This document shows, in pieces, positions 48,301 through 57,959 of a DNA stretch of 64,000 bases. The notes under the pieces are model-generated. The model did no database searches. It saw only the letters and a program-made list of their open reading frames with translations, and was not told the origin of the DNA. This DNA is from Bacteroidota bacterium (GTDB lineage Bacteria; Bacteroidota; Bacteroidia; CAILMK01). The stretch covers positions 1,397-65,396 of the forward strand of contig JAPLCZ010000164.1 in the NCBI GenBank assembly GCA_026391915.1, read 5' to 3'. Numbering within the stretch: position 1 is the stretch's first letter; each line of letters begins with the position of its first letter. The translations under genes and the position numbers were made by a program.

Positions 48301-50973
48301 TTAGTGTGTTACAATCAATTTTTGTGTCTTCCTCATGTCTCCAATTTCTAAAACAGCGATGTAAGTTCCTGCTTTAAAATCCAAAGTATTTATTTGTTTT
48401 GAGTAATCACCCATGGATAAATTTTCACCAGTAGAATGATAGACTTCTCTGCCAGATAAATCATAAATTTTGAGTTGCGTTTTGCTGTTTGCAGCAACTC
48501 CAAAATTGAGGTTTACAAATGAATTTGCCGGATTGGGGAAACACCTCAAAGTAGTTTCAAGATTTGGTTTTGTAATAGGTTTTAATCCTACTAAAGAATT
48601 TAGATTACCTGTAAAAACACCACTGCCGTAAGTAGCAATTAGGATGGTTCCGTCAGAAGGGCGGTAGTCAATCATTTCCACGCAAACATTACCAATGAGG
48701 TTGCTGGCTTCGCGTAGCCAAACTGTGTGTGTGCCTGCCAAATGATTGGTAAAAAATAGCCCTACACTTGTGCCACAAAGGAAAATAGTATCAGTGCCGG
48801 AGTGGATTATTTTCATCCATCTGCAAGCAGGACCAGCGCCTTGTCCAGTGGGTTTTTCTTCTAGGTTTCCACTGATATCAACCCATTTACTACCGGCATT
48901 GGCAGAATAAAAAAGGCTTTTTGAACTATAGTTAGAAATCACTGCAATTAAAGTATTGGCATCCTCAGGGTCTACCGAAATACAGTTGATGTATTTGCTA
49001 GAGGTAATATAATCACCTAAAACCTGAGAAGATTTTATCTTTTGCCAACCTGTGTATATGGAATCATCAACACCTAAAAGTTTTAAATATTCCAAACTAT
49101 CATTACGCCAGAGGTGGTCATTCCCCGCCATATACATCACGTTTTTATTGTTAGGGTCAACGGCAAAAGGGTCAATAAAAATTGCAATCTTAGGGATACC
49201 AATGGGGTCAATTCTGGCGTATCCTTTTTTGTTTCCATTTTTATCAAAAGAAGTTTTATACATTTTCCCTAATTGCAATGAGGAGTAAATATTGGTTTCA
49301 GAATCGTTGACAGTAATCTCACAAAATCCTCCATCGCCGCGGCTAATTTTTGTCCAGGGGGAGTTTGGTGGGTCAGTATTTTCTACCGCATAAGTTGAGT
49401 TATCCTGCATCCCTCCAGCAATAATATCATTGAACTTCCAGCCATTGGTTATGTTCTTATTTAAGGTTGCCGCATAAAATTGGGTGTTGTTATATCCGTT
49501 ATTAAGTGATGTCCATTTTACAGCGGTATCAAGGCAATTATCTGTTCTAAAAACTCCACCATCATTGCTGCTGTAAAGCACCTTGGTGTTGGATGAGGAG
49601 AACACCATATTGTGTTGGTCAGGGTGGTGGTTTGGGTAGGTATAATCTTGCTCAATAGAGGTTGATTTTCCATATCCCCCTGCCCAATAAATTTTGGTAT
49701 TGGTCGCAAATCCGTCATCAGAACGGAAGACATTTGTGCCGCCAATAAACACTACATTTTCATCATCAGGTTTTACACGAACCACTAAATCATAGGCTCT
49801 TTGCGAACTGAAATCTCCAAAAATATATTGAGTGCTTTGGTGAAAAGTAGGGATGTTGTTAGAGAGGTTTTCCCATTTGCCATTGCTGTCTTTTCCATCT
49901 CCTTTTAAGTAGGTGTATTTCCATAGGCTGTTCCAATCATCATACTTTGGGTCGTTATTCCAGCCTTTTCCTTTTTTGCCAGAGCTTGGTGTGCTACCTA
50001 AAAAATAAACTACATTTTCATTGCTTGGTGCAATACCCATTACCATTCTCGCATAAGTACCCGGGAAAGTTTTTGGGGTAATATTGGTGAATACTTTTCC
50101 ATCTGCACTGCGCCAAATACCACGTTGAGTTGCATTTGCCTCAGAACTTATGGTGGCATAAAAAACTCCTTTTTTACTGATGGCAATGTCAGTTGCTAAT
50201 GCCAGATTTCCAAAGGCATCATTCCCATTTAACACCAATTTAAAACTATCACCACCAAGGTAGCTGCGCCAAATACCCCCCGTGGCAGCAAACCAAACTT
50301 CATCCTGTGTTTTGTTATTCGGGTTGGTGATGATATTCCAAATATAATTGGTGTTATCATTACCCTGCGGGCGGTTTTTAGCTAAAATATGATTCCATGT
50401 TTTGCCGCTATCACTGGATTTAAAAATACCGTCGCCATTAACTATATGTCCCCCGAAATATTCACCAGTGCCATAGTACCAAATGTTTTCTTTGCCAGCG
50501 CGGGTATCTTGTACAATGCATGAGGAACTTAATAAAGTTGATGCATCCGTCATCCGTGCCCATGATTTACCAGCGTTGGTGCTGCGCCAAATTCCACCTG
50601 TGGCAGCGCCTGCAAGTATGATGTTTTCATTGGTTGCATCCAAAGCCAAAGCTCTTGTTCTGCCACCAATATTATAAGGCCCTCTTTGTTGCCAGTTTGA
50701 TGTTTTGTTAAGGGAGGTTAATCCAAAATACTCTTCATGGGTGGGGATGGTTTTGGCAAATGCAATTTCGCGGTTTCTGATATCGTAAGGCAGCTTTCCT
50801 GTAGTAGGGTCTGCCACTCTTTTCAATTCCCATTCTGCCCTAAGGAGGGGGTTTTCATCACCATCACTTTCATAAGATTTTTGTTCAGAACTTTCCTTTT
50901 CTAAAAACAGAAATGGCGAAAATGCCAGCGCAAAACTTATTGCAGAAATGATGAGTATCCGTACTAAACTCAT
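48301..50973 (-). CDS. secreted BNR/Asp-box repeat (sialidase/sortilin-like beta-propeller) protein with a T9SS C-terminal sorting domain
   Basis: 890 aa with a signal peptide. Multiple SxDxGxTW motifs (RSTNAGKSWARM, SSDSGKTWNHI, RSADGKVFTNI, RSDDGFATNTKIYW). The C-terminus LRCFPNPANSFVNLNFG...AGTYIAVLEIGDMRKTQKLIVTH is a CTD. Its stop abuts the aroK start. Confidence 0.7.
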   Translation of the reverse strand: MSLVRILIISAISFALAFSPFLFLEKESSEQKSYESDGDENPLLRAEWELKRVADPTTGKLPYDIRNREIAFAKTIPTHEEYFGLTSLNKTSNWQQRGPYNIGGRTRALALDATNENIILAGAATGGIWRSTNAGKSWARMTDASTLLSSSCIVQDTRAGKENIWYYGTGEYFGGHIVNGDGIFKSSDSGKTWNHILAKNRPQGNDNTNYIWNIITNPNNKTQDEVWFAATGGIWRSYLGGDSFKLVLNGNDAFGNLALATDIAISKKGVFYATISSEANATQRGIWRSADGKVFTNITPKTFPGTYARMVMGIAPSNENVVYFLGSTPSSGKKGKGWNNDPKYDDWNSLWKYTYLKGDGKDSNGKWENLSNNIPTFHQSTQYIFGDFSSQRAYDLVVRVKPDDENVVFIGGTNVFRSDDGFATNTKIYWAGGYGKSTSIEQDYTYPNHHPDQHNMVFSSSNTKVLYSSNDGGVFRTDNCLDTAVKWTSLNNGYNNTQFYAATLNKNITNGWKFNDIIAGGMQDNSTYAVENTDPPNSPWTKISRGDGGFCEITVNDSETNIYSSLQLGKMYKTSFDKNGNKKGYARIDPIGIPKIAIFIDPFAVDPNNKNVMYMAGNDHLWRNDSLEYLKLLGVDDSIYTGWQKIKSSQVLGDYITSSKYINCISVDPEDANTLIAVISNYSSKSLFYSANAGSKWVDISGNLEEKPTGQGAGPACRWMKIIHSGTDTIFLCGTSVGLFFTNHLAGTHTVWLREASNLIGNVCVEMIDYRPSDGTILIATYGSGVFTGNLNSLVGLKPITKPNLETTLRCFPNPANSFVNLNFGVAANSKTQLKIYDLSGREVYHSTGENLSMGDYSKQINTLDFKAGTYIAVLEIGDMRKTQKLIVTH

Positions 50974-51082
50974 ATTGTTTTTTGGCGAAAGTTAAGGCTA
51001 AAATTTTGGGAGGTGAAAAAGTGAATTCCGGAGAATCAATTTTAATTTCTTAGGTATCAGATTTTATAAGCAGAATTGTTTT

Positions 51083-51090
51083 TACCTTTG
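51083..51090 (+). promoter_or_regulatory. -7 box TACCTTTG upstream of the small Cys/Lys-rich peptide gene
   Basis: Exact TAnnTTTG, about 72 nt upstream of the ATG at 51162. Confidence 0.35.
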
Positions 51091-51161
51091 CTTTAACTAT
51101 CCGCCAAAGGTGGCTTAATAGTTGAAAATAAATTATCATCACAAAACAAAAATAATAACAA

Positions 51162-51404
51162 ATGAAAAAATTATCAATCGTTGCCTTAAGCCTTATAATG
51201 GGCTTGGCAATTTCAACTGCATCTTTTGCAGGAGGCAAAGGAGACAAAAAAGCTTGCAAAGACAAGAAAGAATGCTGCAAAGGCAGCAAGAATGAAGAGA
51301 AACATTGCAAGGACAAAAAAGGTAGCAAATGCTGCAAAGACAAAGAAGCTGGTGTAGAAAAAGATTCTAAAACCAACAACAAAGACATTAAGAAAGCTAA
51401 CTAA
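51162..51404 (+). CDS. small secreted Cys- and Lys-rich repeat peptide
   Basis: 80 aa. Signal peptide MKKLSIVALSLIMGLAISTASFA. The mature ~57-aa peptide has two copies of CKDKK...CCK (KACKDKKECCKGSK / KHCKDKKGSKCCKDKE), six Cys residues and about 40% Lys. The overlapping minus-strand ORF 51050..51388 looks non-coding. Confidence 0.6.
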   Translation: MKKLSIVALSLIMGLAISTASFAGGKGDKKACKDKKECCKGSKNEEKHCKDKKGSKCCKDKEAGVEKDSKTNNKDIKKAN

Positions 51405-51426
51405 GCAATCTTAAATCTTTAAAACA

Positions 51427-51463
51427 TAAAGCCACACATTAATTTTGTGTGGCTTTTGTTTTT
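51427..51463 (+). terminator. rho-independent terminator after the Cys/Lys peptide gene
   Basis: AAAGCCACACA-ttaatttt-GTGTGGCTTTTGTTTTTAT. Confidence 0.75.
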
Positions 51464-51488
51464 ATATCAAATTTCAAAAAATAAAAAT

Positions 51489-51893
51489 ATGTTTCGCAAA
51501 ATAGAACACATTGGTATTGCAGTAAAAAATCTTGACGCTGCCAACGCGATGTTTGGAGCACTATCACAATTGGGTTTGTTAAAAACCGAAGAGGTGGAAA
51601 CAGAAGGAGTGAGAACTTCATTCTTTAAATTGGGCGAAACAAAAATAGAATTTTTGGAAGCCACAAATTCTGAAAGCCCCATTGCAAAATTTATAGAAAA
51701 ACATGGTGAAGGAATCCACCACATTGCTTTTGATGTGGAGGATGTGGAAGCTGAAAAACAAAGATTGCAGGATGCGGGTTTTGAGTTTATCTCTACTGAA
51801 ATAAAAAAGGGTGCAGATAACAAACTAATTTGTTTTCTGCACCCAAGGTCTGTTAATAGAGTCCTTGTTGAACTCTGCCAGGAAAATCTTTAG
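51489..51893 (+). CDS. mce: methylmalonyl-CoA epimerase (VOC/glyoxalase family)
   Basis: MFRKIEHIGIAVKNLDAANAMF...GEGIHHIAFDVEDVEAE. ATG at 51489 preferred over the track start at 51447. Confidence 0.8.
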   Translation: MFRKIEHIGIAVKNLDAANAMFGALSQLGLLKTEEVETEGVRTSFFKLGETKIEFLEATNSESPIAKFIEKHGEGIHHIAFDVEDVEAEKQRLQDAGFEFISTEIKKGADNKLICFLHPRSVNRVLVELCQENL

Positions 51894-52123
51894 TGCGAGG
51901 TTTCCATCTTACTCGCTGCGGAATGTGCCATGATTAAATCAATGGTGCTGTTATCCGGTTCCATTTTGGCGTTGCCTAATTTTGCAACCACCTCTTTCAA
52001 CTCAGTATAGAGTGTGAGTAAAGAAGGGTTTAATCTTAGAGCATCTTCAATGGATTTTTTTTCTTTTGCATCTACCTCATTGTAGATAAAACGTAGAACA
52101 TCATCTTGTGTAAAAACCTGCAT
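51890..52123 (-). CDS. small hypothetical protein immediately downstream of the ECF sigma factor (candidate soluble anti-sigma/partner)
   Basis: 77 aa, no TM helix or Zn motif. A 74-nt gap separates it from the sigma gene on the same strand. Confidence 0.45.
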   Translation of the reverse strand: MQVFTQDDVLRFIYNEVDAKEKKSIEDALRLNPSLLTLYTELKEVVAKLGNAKMEPDNSTIDLIMAHSAASKMETSH

Positions 52124-52197
52124 AGGCGTATTTATTTTTTTAAATTATAACTACAACGTAAGGCAATTGCAAAAAGTATTTTTCTTGCAAAGATATT

Positions 52198-52776
52198 TTA
52201 TAAAATGATATTATGCTTCTCAATTAATTTTCTCATTCCTTTTAAGGCATACCGCATACGGGCAAGTGAGGTATTGGTATTTGTGCCAGTGATAGCCGCA
52301 ATTTCTTTAAAACTTAATCCTGCGTAATGCCTTAGCACCAAAGTTTCTCTTTGGTCTTCGGGCAGGTGCTCTATCAGTTGGCGGCCTTTATCCTGCGTTT
52401 CTTTTCGCACCATTTTCTCCTCTGCATTGGTCTCTTTAATTCTAATGAATGTAAAAACATCTACTCCATCAGAATCAACAACTGTGGGCAACGTCTTGGT
52501 TTTCCTAAAGTGATCCATCACCAGATTGCGGGCTATGCGCATTACCCAGGGCAGGAATTTCCCTGACTCTTTGTATTTGCCAGCACGCAAAGTATTAATC
52601 ACTTTAATAAAAGTTTCCTGAAAGAAATCTTCAGCAAGGTAGCGGTCATTCACCAGATAAAATATGCTGGTAAAAATTTGAGATTTGTGCCTGATAAGTA
52701 GAGTTTTCAGGCATGCCTCATTGCCCTGTATGTACTGGGCTACGAGTTCTTCATCACTAATAAGGGGTTTGTTCAT
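52198..52776 (-). CDS. RNA polymerase sigma-70 family ECF sigma factor
   Basis: 192 aa. Region 2 (FFQETFIKVINTLRAGKY...FLPWVMRIARNLVMDHFRK) and region 4 (LVLRHYAGLSFKEIAAITGTNTNTSLARMRYALKGMRKLI). Confidence 0.85.
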   Translation of the reverse strand: MNKPLISDEELVAQYIQGNEACLKTLLIRHKSQIFTSIFYLVNDRYLAEDFFQETFIKVINTLRAGKYKESGKFLPWVMRIARNLVMDHFRKTKTLPTVVDSDGVDVFTFIRIKETNAEEKMVRKETQDKGRQLIEHLPEDQRETLVLRHYAGLSFKEIAAITGTNTNTSLARMRYALKGMRKLIEKHNIIL

Positions 52777-52910
52777 GGCAATAAAATTAGTTAGTTGTAG
52801 ATTAACTGAATAATGTAGAAGTATTGCCGATAAGTTTTATTTTTTTGAGGGGGGTTGAGAACCACGCTTAGAAAACTTCTTGCCAAAAAATTAATTGATA
52901 ATTTCGCAGC

Positions 52911-53522
52911 ATGATATCAGAAAGCATTGATGTGAAAAACATCTTGGGGCTGCAACTACCTACTGACCCACGCTGGGTAAATCTTGCAGAAATGAACCTT
53001 GTTGAAATACTTACTGACCACGCTTACTGCGAACAAAAAGCTGCTACTACCTGCATCACTCTTATCCAGCGGTATCCTGATAAAACAAAAATGGTAGAGG
53101 AACTTGCGCCAATTGTTACTGAGGAATGGGGACATTTTCGCATGGTTCTTTCTGAACTTAAGAAGCGGGATTTATTATTGGGGAAACAGCGCAAAGATGA
53201 ATATGTAAATAAGCTTTTGGCATTTCAAAGAAAGGGCGGAGGGCTAGAAGAAAGATTTTTGGATGACATGCTAAAGATGGCCTTAATTGAAGCCAGAAGT
53301 TGTGAACGCTTTAAGCGCTTAAGCGAAAATCTGGAGGATTCTTATATGCGGAATTTTTACCGCAAATTCATGGAAAGTGAGGCTGGGCTTTACACCCTGT
53401 TTATTAATTTATCTGAATTTTATTTGCCCAAAGAAGTAGTGCGCAAACGCTGGAAAGAATGGTTAGCTTTTGAAAAAAATATGATTGCAGGATTGGAAGT
53501 AAGAGGTGATAGGATTCATTAA
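52911..53522 (+). CDS. miaE: tRNA-(ms2io6A37)-hydroxylase MiaE family protein (ferritin-like di-iron)
   Basis: 203 aa. LQLPTDPRWVNLAEMNLVEILTDHAYCEQKAATTCITLIQRYPD...EEWGHFRMV is typical of MiaE. Confidence 0.7.
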   Translation: MISESIDVKNILGLQLPTDPRWVNLAEMNLVEILTDHAYCEQKAATTCITLIQRYPDKTKMVEELAPIVTEEWGHFRMVLSELKKRDLLLGKQRKDEYVNKLLAFQRKGGGLEERFLDDMLKMALIEARSCERFKRLSENLEDSYMRNFYRKFMESEAGLYTLFINLSEFYLPKEVVRKRWKEWLAFEKNMIAGLEVRGDRIH

Positions 53523-53562
53523 ATCATCACTAAAAACTAAAAGGGTAGCTTTGCCATAAATT

Positions 53563-54612
53563 ATGCAAGACCCCGAAGAACTTTTACAGGACGAAGATAC
53601 CCAAGAGGAATTATATGAGCACTTCAACATAACCGTTGATAAAGGGCAAGAGCCTGTGCGCATTGATAAATTCTTAACTGCCAGGATACAGAATGCCAGC
53701 CGCACCCGCATACAAGCTTGCACAGAAACAGAGAGTATCCGTGTAAATGATAAGCCAGTAAAATCCAATTACAAAATAAAACCATTGGATGTTATCTCCA
53801 TCCTATTACCTCACCCGCCGCGGGATAAGGAGTTAAAAGCTGAGAACATCCCACTGGATATTATTTATGAAGATGACCATGTGATGGTAGTAAATAAATC
53901 AGCAGGAATGGTAGTGCACCCGGGATATCATAACTATGACCACACCCTTGTTAATGCCCTCATGTATCATTTTGAAAACCTGCCAACCGCCAATGGAGAA
54001 CGCCGCCCAGGCCTTGTGCACCGCATTGATAAAGACACCAGCGGGCTATTGGTAATTGCCAAAGATGAATACAGCATGAGCCATCTTGCCAAACAGTTTT
54101 TTGAACATACTGTAATCAGAAATTATGTGGCTTTGGTTTGGGGATATCTGGAAGAAGAAAACGGAACCATTACCGGAAACCTTGCCCGCAGTAAACATGA
54201 CCGCCGCATAATGCAGGTGTATGAGGACGAAGAAATAGGGAAACATGCCGTAACCCATTACAAAGTTTTGGAGAGATTTAACTACGCCACTTTGGTAGAA
54301 TGTACTTTGGAAACAGGGCGCACCCACCAAATACGCATACACATGAAACACATACGCCACCCTCTTTTTAATGATGCTGCCTATGGCGGCAATGAGATAA
54401 AAGATGGCCCATCCTTTACTAAATTTAAGCAGTTTATTGATAACTGTTTTAGCATTTGCCCAAGGCAAGCACTGCATGCCCGCACCTTAGGTTTTGTACA
54501 CCCGCACACCAAAAAAGAAATGCTTTTTGAACTCCCACCCCCAGCAGATATGCAACTGCTGATAGAAAAATGGAGGCATTACACAAGTTTTAAAGAAAGG
54601 GAAGGGGAGTAG
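53563..54612 (+). CDS. rluD: RluA-family pseudouridine synthase (RluD-like; S4 domain + catalytic domain)
   Basis: 349 aa. The catalytic motif HRIDKDTSGLLVIAKDE preceded by an S4-like RNA-binding N-terminus. Confidence 0.8.
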   Translation: MQDPEELLQDEDTQEELYEHFNITVDKGQEPVRIDKFLTARIQNASRTRIQACTETESIRVNDKPVKSNYKIKPLDVISILLPHPPRDKELKAENIPLDIIYEDDHVMVVNKSAGMVVHPGYHNYDHTLVNALMYHFENLPTANGERRPGLVHRIDKDTSGLLVIAKDEYSMSHLAKQFFEHTVIRNYVALVWGYLEEENGTITGNLARSKHDRRIMQVYEDEEIGKHAVTHYKVLERFNYATLVECTLETGRTHQIRIHMKHIRHPLFNDAAYGGNEIKDGPSFTKFKQFIDNCFSICPRQALHARTLGFVHPHTKKEMLFELPPPADMQLLIEKWRHYTSFKEREGE

Positions 54613-54679
54613 AGGAAATTGGAGATTGATTGTGTGAAGATTTAAAAATGAAACTTACCCTTGGTTTAAATGATTTTAT

Positions 54680-56326
54680 TTAGTCTCGTTGTACAATTAT
54701 TTTCTTCATAACTGATTGTTCTGGAGTAATTATTTTAATAAAGAAAATCCCATTTTCTAACAATTCTACGGTCACTGATTCTTGAGCCTCAACTTCTTTT
54801 GTCATTACCATTTCACCAATGGAATTAAATACTTGAATACGTCTAATTTTAAATGAACCTTTTATTGTAAAGTTTTGAGAAGTAGGATTTGGAAAGACAA
54901 AAAACTTTTGACTTCCCAAATCTGGGTTATTAATACCCACTTGAAAAGAAAGGGCTTTAAACGCATCAATTCTTCCATGTCCGTAATACTTATCCCAACC
55001 TTTTTTATCTTCATTTGCATCCCCTACTTGGTCTATTGCACTGCTCTCAATAATTGATTTTATTTGGGAGGGGCCTCTGCTTGTATCTTGAGCTAAAAGT
55101 AGTGATACAAGACCTGAAACAAGTGGAGTAGCCTGAGAGGTGCCACCCCAGTAGCTATTATAATTCGTATTAGATTGATAATCCAATCCATAAATATAGT
55201 TTCCTGGTGCCACAACAGAAATATAATCTCCATAATTGCTTCCGCTGGACGAACTCCAAAAAAAAGGGTTTGATCTTGTATCATCAGAATTTGTAGACCC
55301 TACTGCAATCACTCCAGAAAAAGCAGCTGGATAATACACTGTATTTGAATTCGTATTCATCATACATACAACAACTGTAACGTTATGCTTTAAAGCATAT
55401 TCTACAGCATTTTGAAGCGTTGTTGAAGTCGCAGTTCCACCCAATGACATATTTATTACTCTGGCTCCATTGTCTACAGCGTAATAAATAGCATCTGCCC
55501 ACCAGGAGTAAAATCCAAAGTTAGTTTTATTAAGCCCCTTAAGAATCATAAGCTTGCAATTCCAATCAACACCAGCATACCCAATTGAATTATTACCATT
55601 AGCTCCAATGATTCCAGCAACGTTTGTCCCATGACCAAAATCATCAGATGGGTCATTATTGTTATATGCAAAATTCCACCCTTGTAAATCATCAATATAA
55701 CCATTACCGTCATCATCTTTTCCATTACCGGGTATTTCACTATAGTTCTTCCAAATTCTTTTCTTAAATTCTGCATGATCTAATTTAGCACCACCGTCAA
55801 TTACCGCTACAATAATGTTTGAATCTCCCTGTTCAATACTCCATGCGTTTTCTATATTAATATCTGCCCCCGATTTTGCTGTAGACAATGTAAATGTTCC
55901 ATCATTTTTAAGTGCCCATTGTCGTTTATAATAACTGTCATTCGGATTGATACTTTTTTGCCCACCACCGTACCCAATTTGGTCAATTTCTGCATATTCA
56001 ACTTCCTTTGTTCTATAGTATTGATCAATCACTTTTTGAAGGTTGGTTTTGATTGGAAACTGAATTACATAAATGCAATTCAAGGTTTTTTTTCCTACTA
56101 ATTGCTTTTTAACAATAACCGAATGAAATTTTAGATTTATGCTGTCAATTTTATTATTGCCAACCATATTTTGTTCAAGTGAAGTCTCACTTAAATTGCC
56201 AATTTCAGATTTAAGTTGAAGAATAATTTTATCAGACACCTCCGTGTTTTGGGCAAAGATGCTTAACCAACTAAAAAAAAGTAATGTAAAGAGAGAGGTT
56301 CTTTGTTTTGCATTTATGTGTCTCAT
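54680..56326 (-). CDS. S8 family (subtilisin-like) serine peptidase with a T9SS C-terminal sorting domain
   Basis: 548 aa with a signal peptide. Catalytic triad contexts VAVIDGG, GHGTNVAGIIGA, GTSQATPLVSGLVSLL. The C-terminus FVFPNPTSQNFTIKG...NGIFFIKIITPEQSVMKKIIVQRD is a CTD. Confidence 0.85.
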   Translation of the reverse strand: MRHINAKQRTSLFTLLFFSWLSIFAQNTEVSDKIILQLKSEIGNLSETSLEQNMVGNNKIDSINLKFHSVIVKKQLVGKKTLNCIYVIQFPIKTNLQKVIDQYYRTKEVEYAEIDQIGYGGGQKSINPNDSYYKRQWALKNDGTFTLSTAKSGADINIENAWSIEQGDSNIIVAVIDGGAKLDHAEFKKRIWKNYSEIPGNGKDDDGNGYIDDLQGWNFAYNNNDPSDDFGHGTNVAGIIGANGNNSIGYAGVDWNCKLMILKGLNKTNFGFYSWWADAIYYAVDNGARVINMSLGGTATSTTLQNAVEYALKHNVTVVVCMMNTNSNTVYYPAAFSGVIAVGSTNSDDTRSNPFFWSSSSGSNYGDYISVVAPGNYIYGLDYQSNTNYNSYWGGTSQATPLVSGLVSLLLAQDTSRGPSQIKSIIESSAIDQVGDANEDKKGWDKYYGHGRIDAFKALSFQVGINNPDLGSQKFFVFPNPTSQNFTIKGSFKIRRIQVFNSIGEMVMTKEVEAQESVTVELLENGIFFIKIITPEQSVMKKIIVQRD

Positions 56327-56412
56327 AAAAGTTTAAATTTTTGTTAAGAGCAAAGGTATTTATTAATAGGAGATTTGAAAACCAATTGTAAGATTAAAAG
56401 TATCCAACCCTC

Positions 56413-57006
56413 CTACCTCTCAATCCACTCCTCAAACATAGATTGCATTTCTGATTCGGGTAATTGTGGGTTTTGGTACATGCCTGCTTTGGTGCGTTGG
56501 CGCATGGCTTCATAGAGGGAGGCAGCGCAGGCAACAGAAACATTGAGACTTTGAATCATGCCCTGCATTGGGATAATAAAATTATTTTCTGCATGGGCTA
56601 ATAACCCCTCCGAAACGCCGTAATGCTCATTGCCAAAAGCAAATGCCGTGGGCTGAGTAAAGTCGAAATCATACACAGATTTAGAACTTGCAGAAAGGTG
56701 TGTAGCAAAGATTTTAAATCCTTTTTCTTTGAGGGGTAACACACATTCTTCTAAGCTTTCATAGTAATGAGCCTTTACCCATTTGCGTGCAGAGGCAGAG
56801 GAACGTTTCCCAAGTTTCTTTACAGTGGGTTGGTTGGTATTTAGCACATGAACTTCCATAATGCCAACGGCATCGCAAGTGCGCAGCATGGCGGAAATAT
56901 TATGGGGGTCAAATACGTTTTCAAAGATTACGGTGAGCATGGGTTGCCGCTTATTAAGGACATCCATAATTTTATCTTGGCGGGCTTGGGTGCGGGGTCT
57001 ACTCAC
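56413..57006 (-). CDS. TrmH/SpoU family RNA 2'-O-methyltransferase
   Basis: 197 aa. SPOUT motifs (VIFENVFDPHNISAMLRTCDAVGI, GNEHYGVSE, IIPMQGMIQSLNVSVACAASLYE). Confidence 0.75.
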   Translation of the reverse strand: MSRPRTQARQDKIMDVLNKRQPMLTVIFENVFDPHNISAMLRTCDAVGIMEVHVLNTNQPTVKKLGKRSSASARKWVKAHYYESLEECVLPLKEKGFKIFATHLSASSKSVYDFDFTQPTAFAFGNEHYGVSEGLLAHAENNFIIPMQGMIQSLNVSVACAASLYEAMRQRTKAGMYQNPQLPESEMQSMFEEWIER

Positions 57007-57007
57007 T

Positions 57008-57042
57008 AAAAATGAAGAGTGAAAGGTGAAGAATGAAAAATA
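57008..57042. repeat. solo copy of the purine-rich TGAA repeat that forms the inverted repeats around the four-helix-bundle gene
   Basis: AATGAAGAGTGAAAGGTGAAGAATGAAAAATAGAAAG versus 59445.. AATGAAGAATGAACAGTGAACAATGAACAATGAGAAG. They align without gaps at about 80% and share an exact TGAAGAATGAA 11-mer. Confidence 0.45.
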
Positions 57043-57176
57043 GAAAGAAGAATGTCAATGGAAAAACTATATTTTATTCCACCACCTACACCCCCGCAGG
57101 CGGGGGACATCACTCCGTTCAAACTTCTGCTAACTTGCCCTTCCCGCATTTATAATTATTAATCTAAAATCTATAA

Positions 57177-57959
57177 TTATTTTCCTCTGAATTCCGGTTT
57201 GCGCTTTTCATTAAAAGCGGCAACGCCTTCTTTATAGTCGTCACTGCGGCCTGCAATTTCTTGGTGCCATGCTTCGTAATCCAGCATAGTATCCAAATCT
57301 GAGTGGAAAGATTTATTCAGCATTTTCTTCATCATGCCTATTGCTTTGGTGGGTGCATTGGCAAAATATTCTGCTACTTTATTTACTTCTTCATCCAGAT
57401 TTTCGGCGGGGACAACCCTATTTACCATGCCCCAATCAAATGCTTGTTTGGCGGAAACCTTAGTGCCCATAGTTGCTAGTTCAAATGCTCTTTGGCTGCC
57501 TACCACTCTTGGCAGAAAATAAGAAGAGCCTGAGTCCAGCACCAATCCCACATTAATAAATACCTCAATCATGGAGGCGTTTTCTGCGGCTATTACCATG
57601 TCCGATGCAAGTGCAAGAGAACATCCTGCACCAGCAGCCACACCATTTAATCTGCAAATAATGGGCTTAGGCAAATTGCGCATTGCCCTAATAATTGGGT
57701 TATATCTTTTGTATAAAGAATCACTTAGGCTGCGGTTTTCTTTCTCTGCAATATCTTTCAAATCTTGCCCACTACAAAATGCTTTTCCTGCGCCGGTAAG
57801 CACCACTACGCGGATTTCATCATCCTTTGCAATCTGCTTTAATGCATCTTGCAACTCATAACTTTGGGCATCATTAAAGGCATTGAAAACATCAGGGCGG
57901 TTAAGGGTAAGCCAACCAATATTGCCTTTCTTTTCTAATAAAATGCAAGTGTATTCCAT
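57177..57959 (-). CDS. enoyl-CoA hydratase/isomerase (crotonase) family protein
   Basis: 260 aa. LTLNRPDVFNAFN...VVLTGAGKAFCSGQDLK...GGAAGAGCSLALASDMVIAAENA. Confidence 0.85.
   Translation of the reverse strand: MEYTCILLEKKGNIGWLTLNRPDVFNAFNDAQSYELQDALKQIAKDDEIRVVVLTGAGKAFCSGQDLKDIAEKENRSLSDSLYKRYNPIIRAMRNLPKPIICRLNGVAAGAGCSLALASDMVIAAENASMIEVFINVGLVLDSGSSYFLPRVVGSQRAFELATMGTKVSAKQAFDWGMVNRVVPAENLDEEVNKVAEYFANAPTKAIGMMKKMLNKSFHSDLDTMLDYEAWHQEIAGRSDDYKEGVAAFNEKRKPEFRGK

Noticed and set aside
51050-51388. 112-aa minus-strand ORF overlapping the Cys/Lys-rich peptide gene
   Set aside because: It has a low-complexity L/S/F-rich translation and no signal or start context. The plus-strand ORF has a textbook signal peptide, promoter and terminator.
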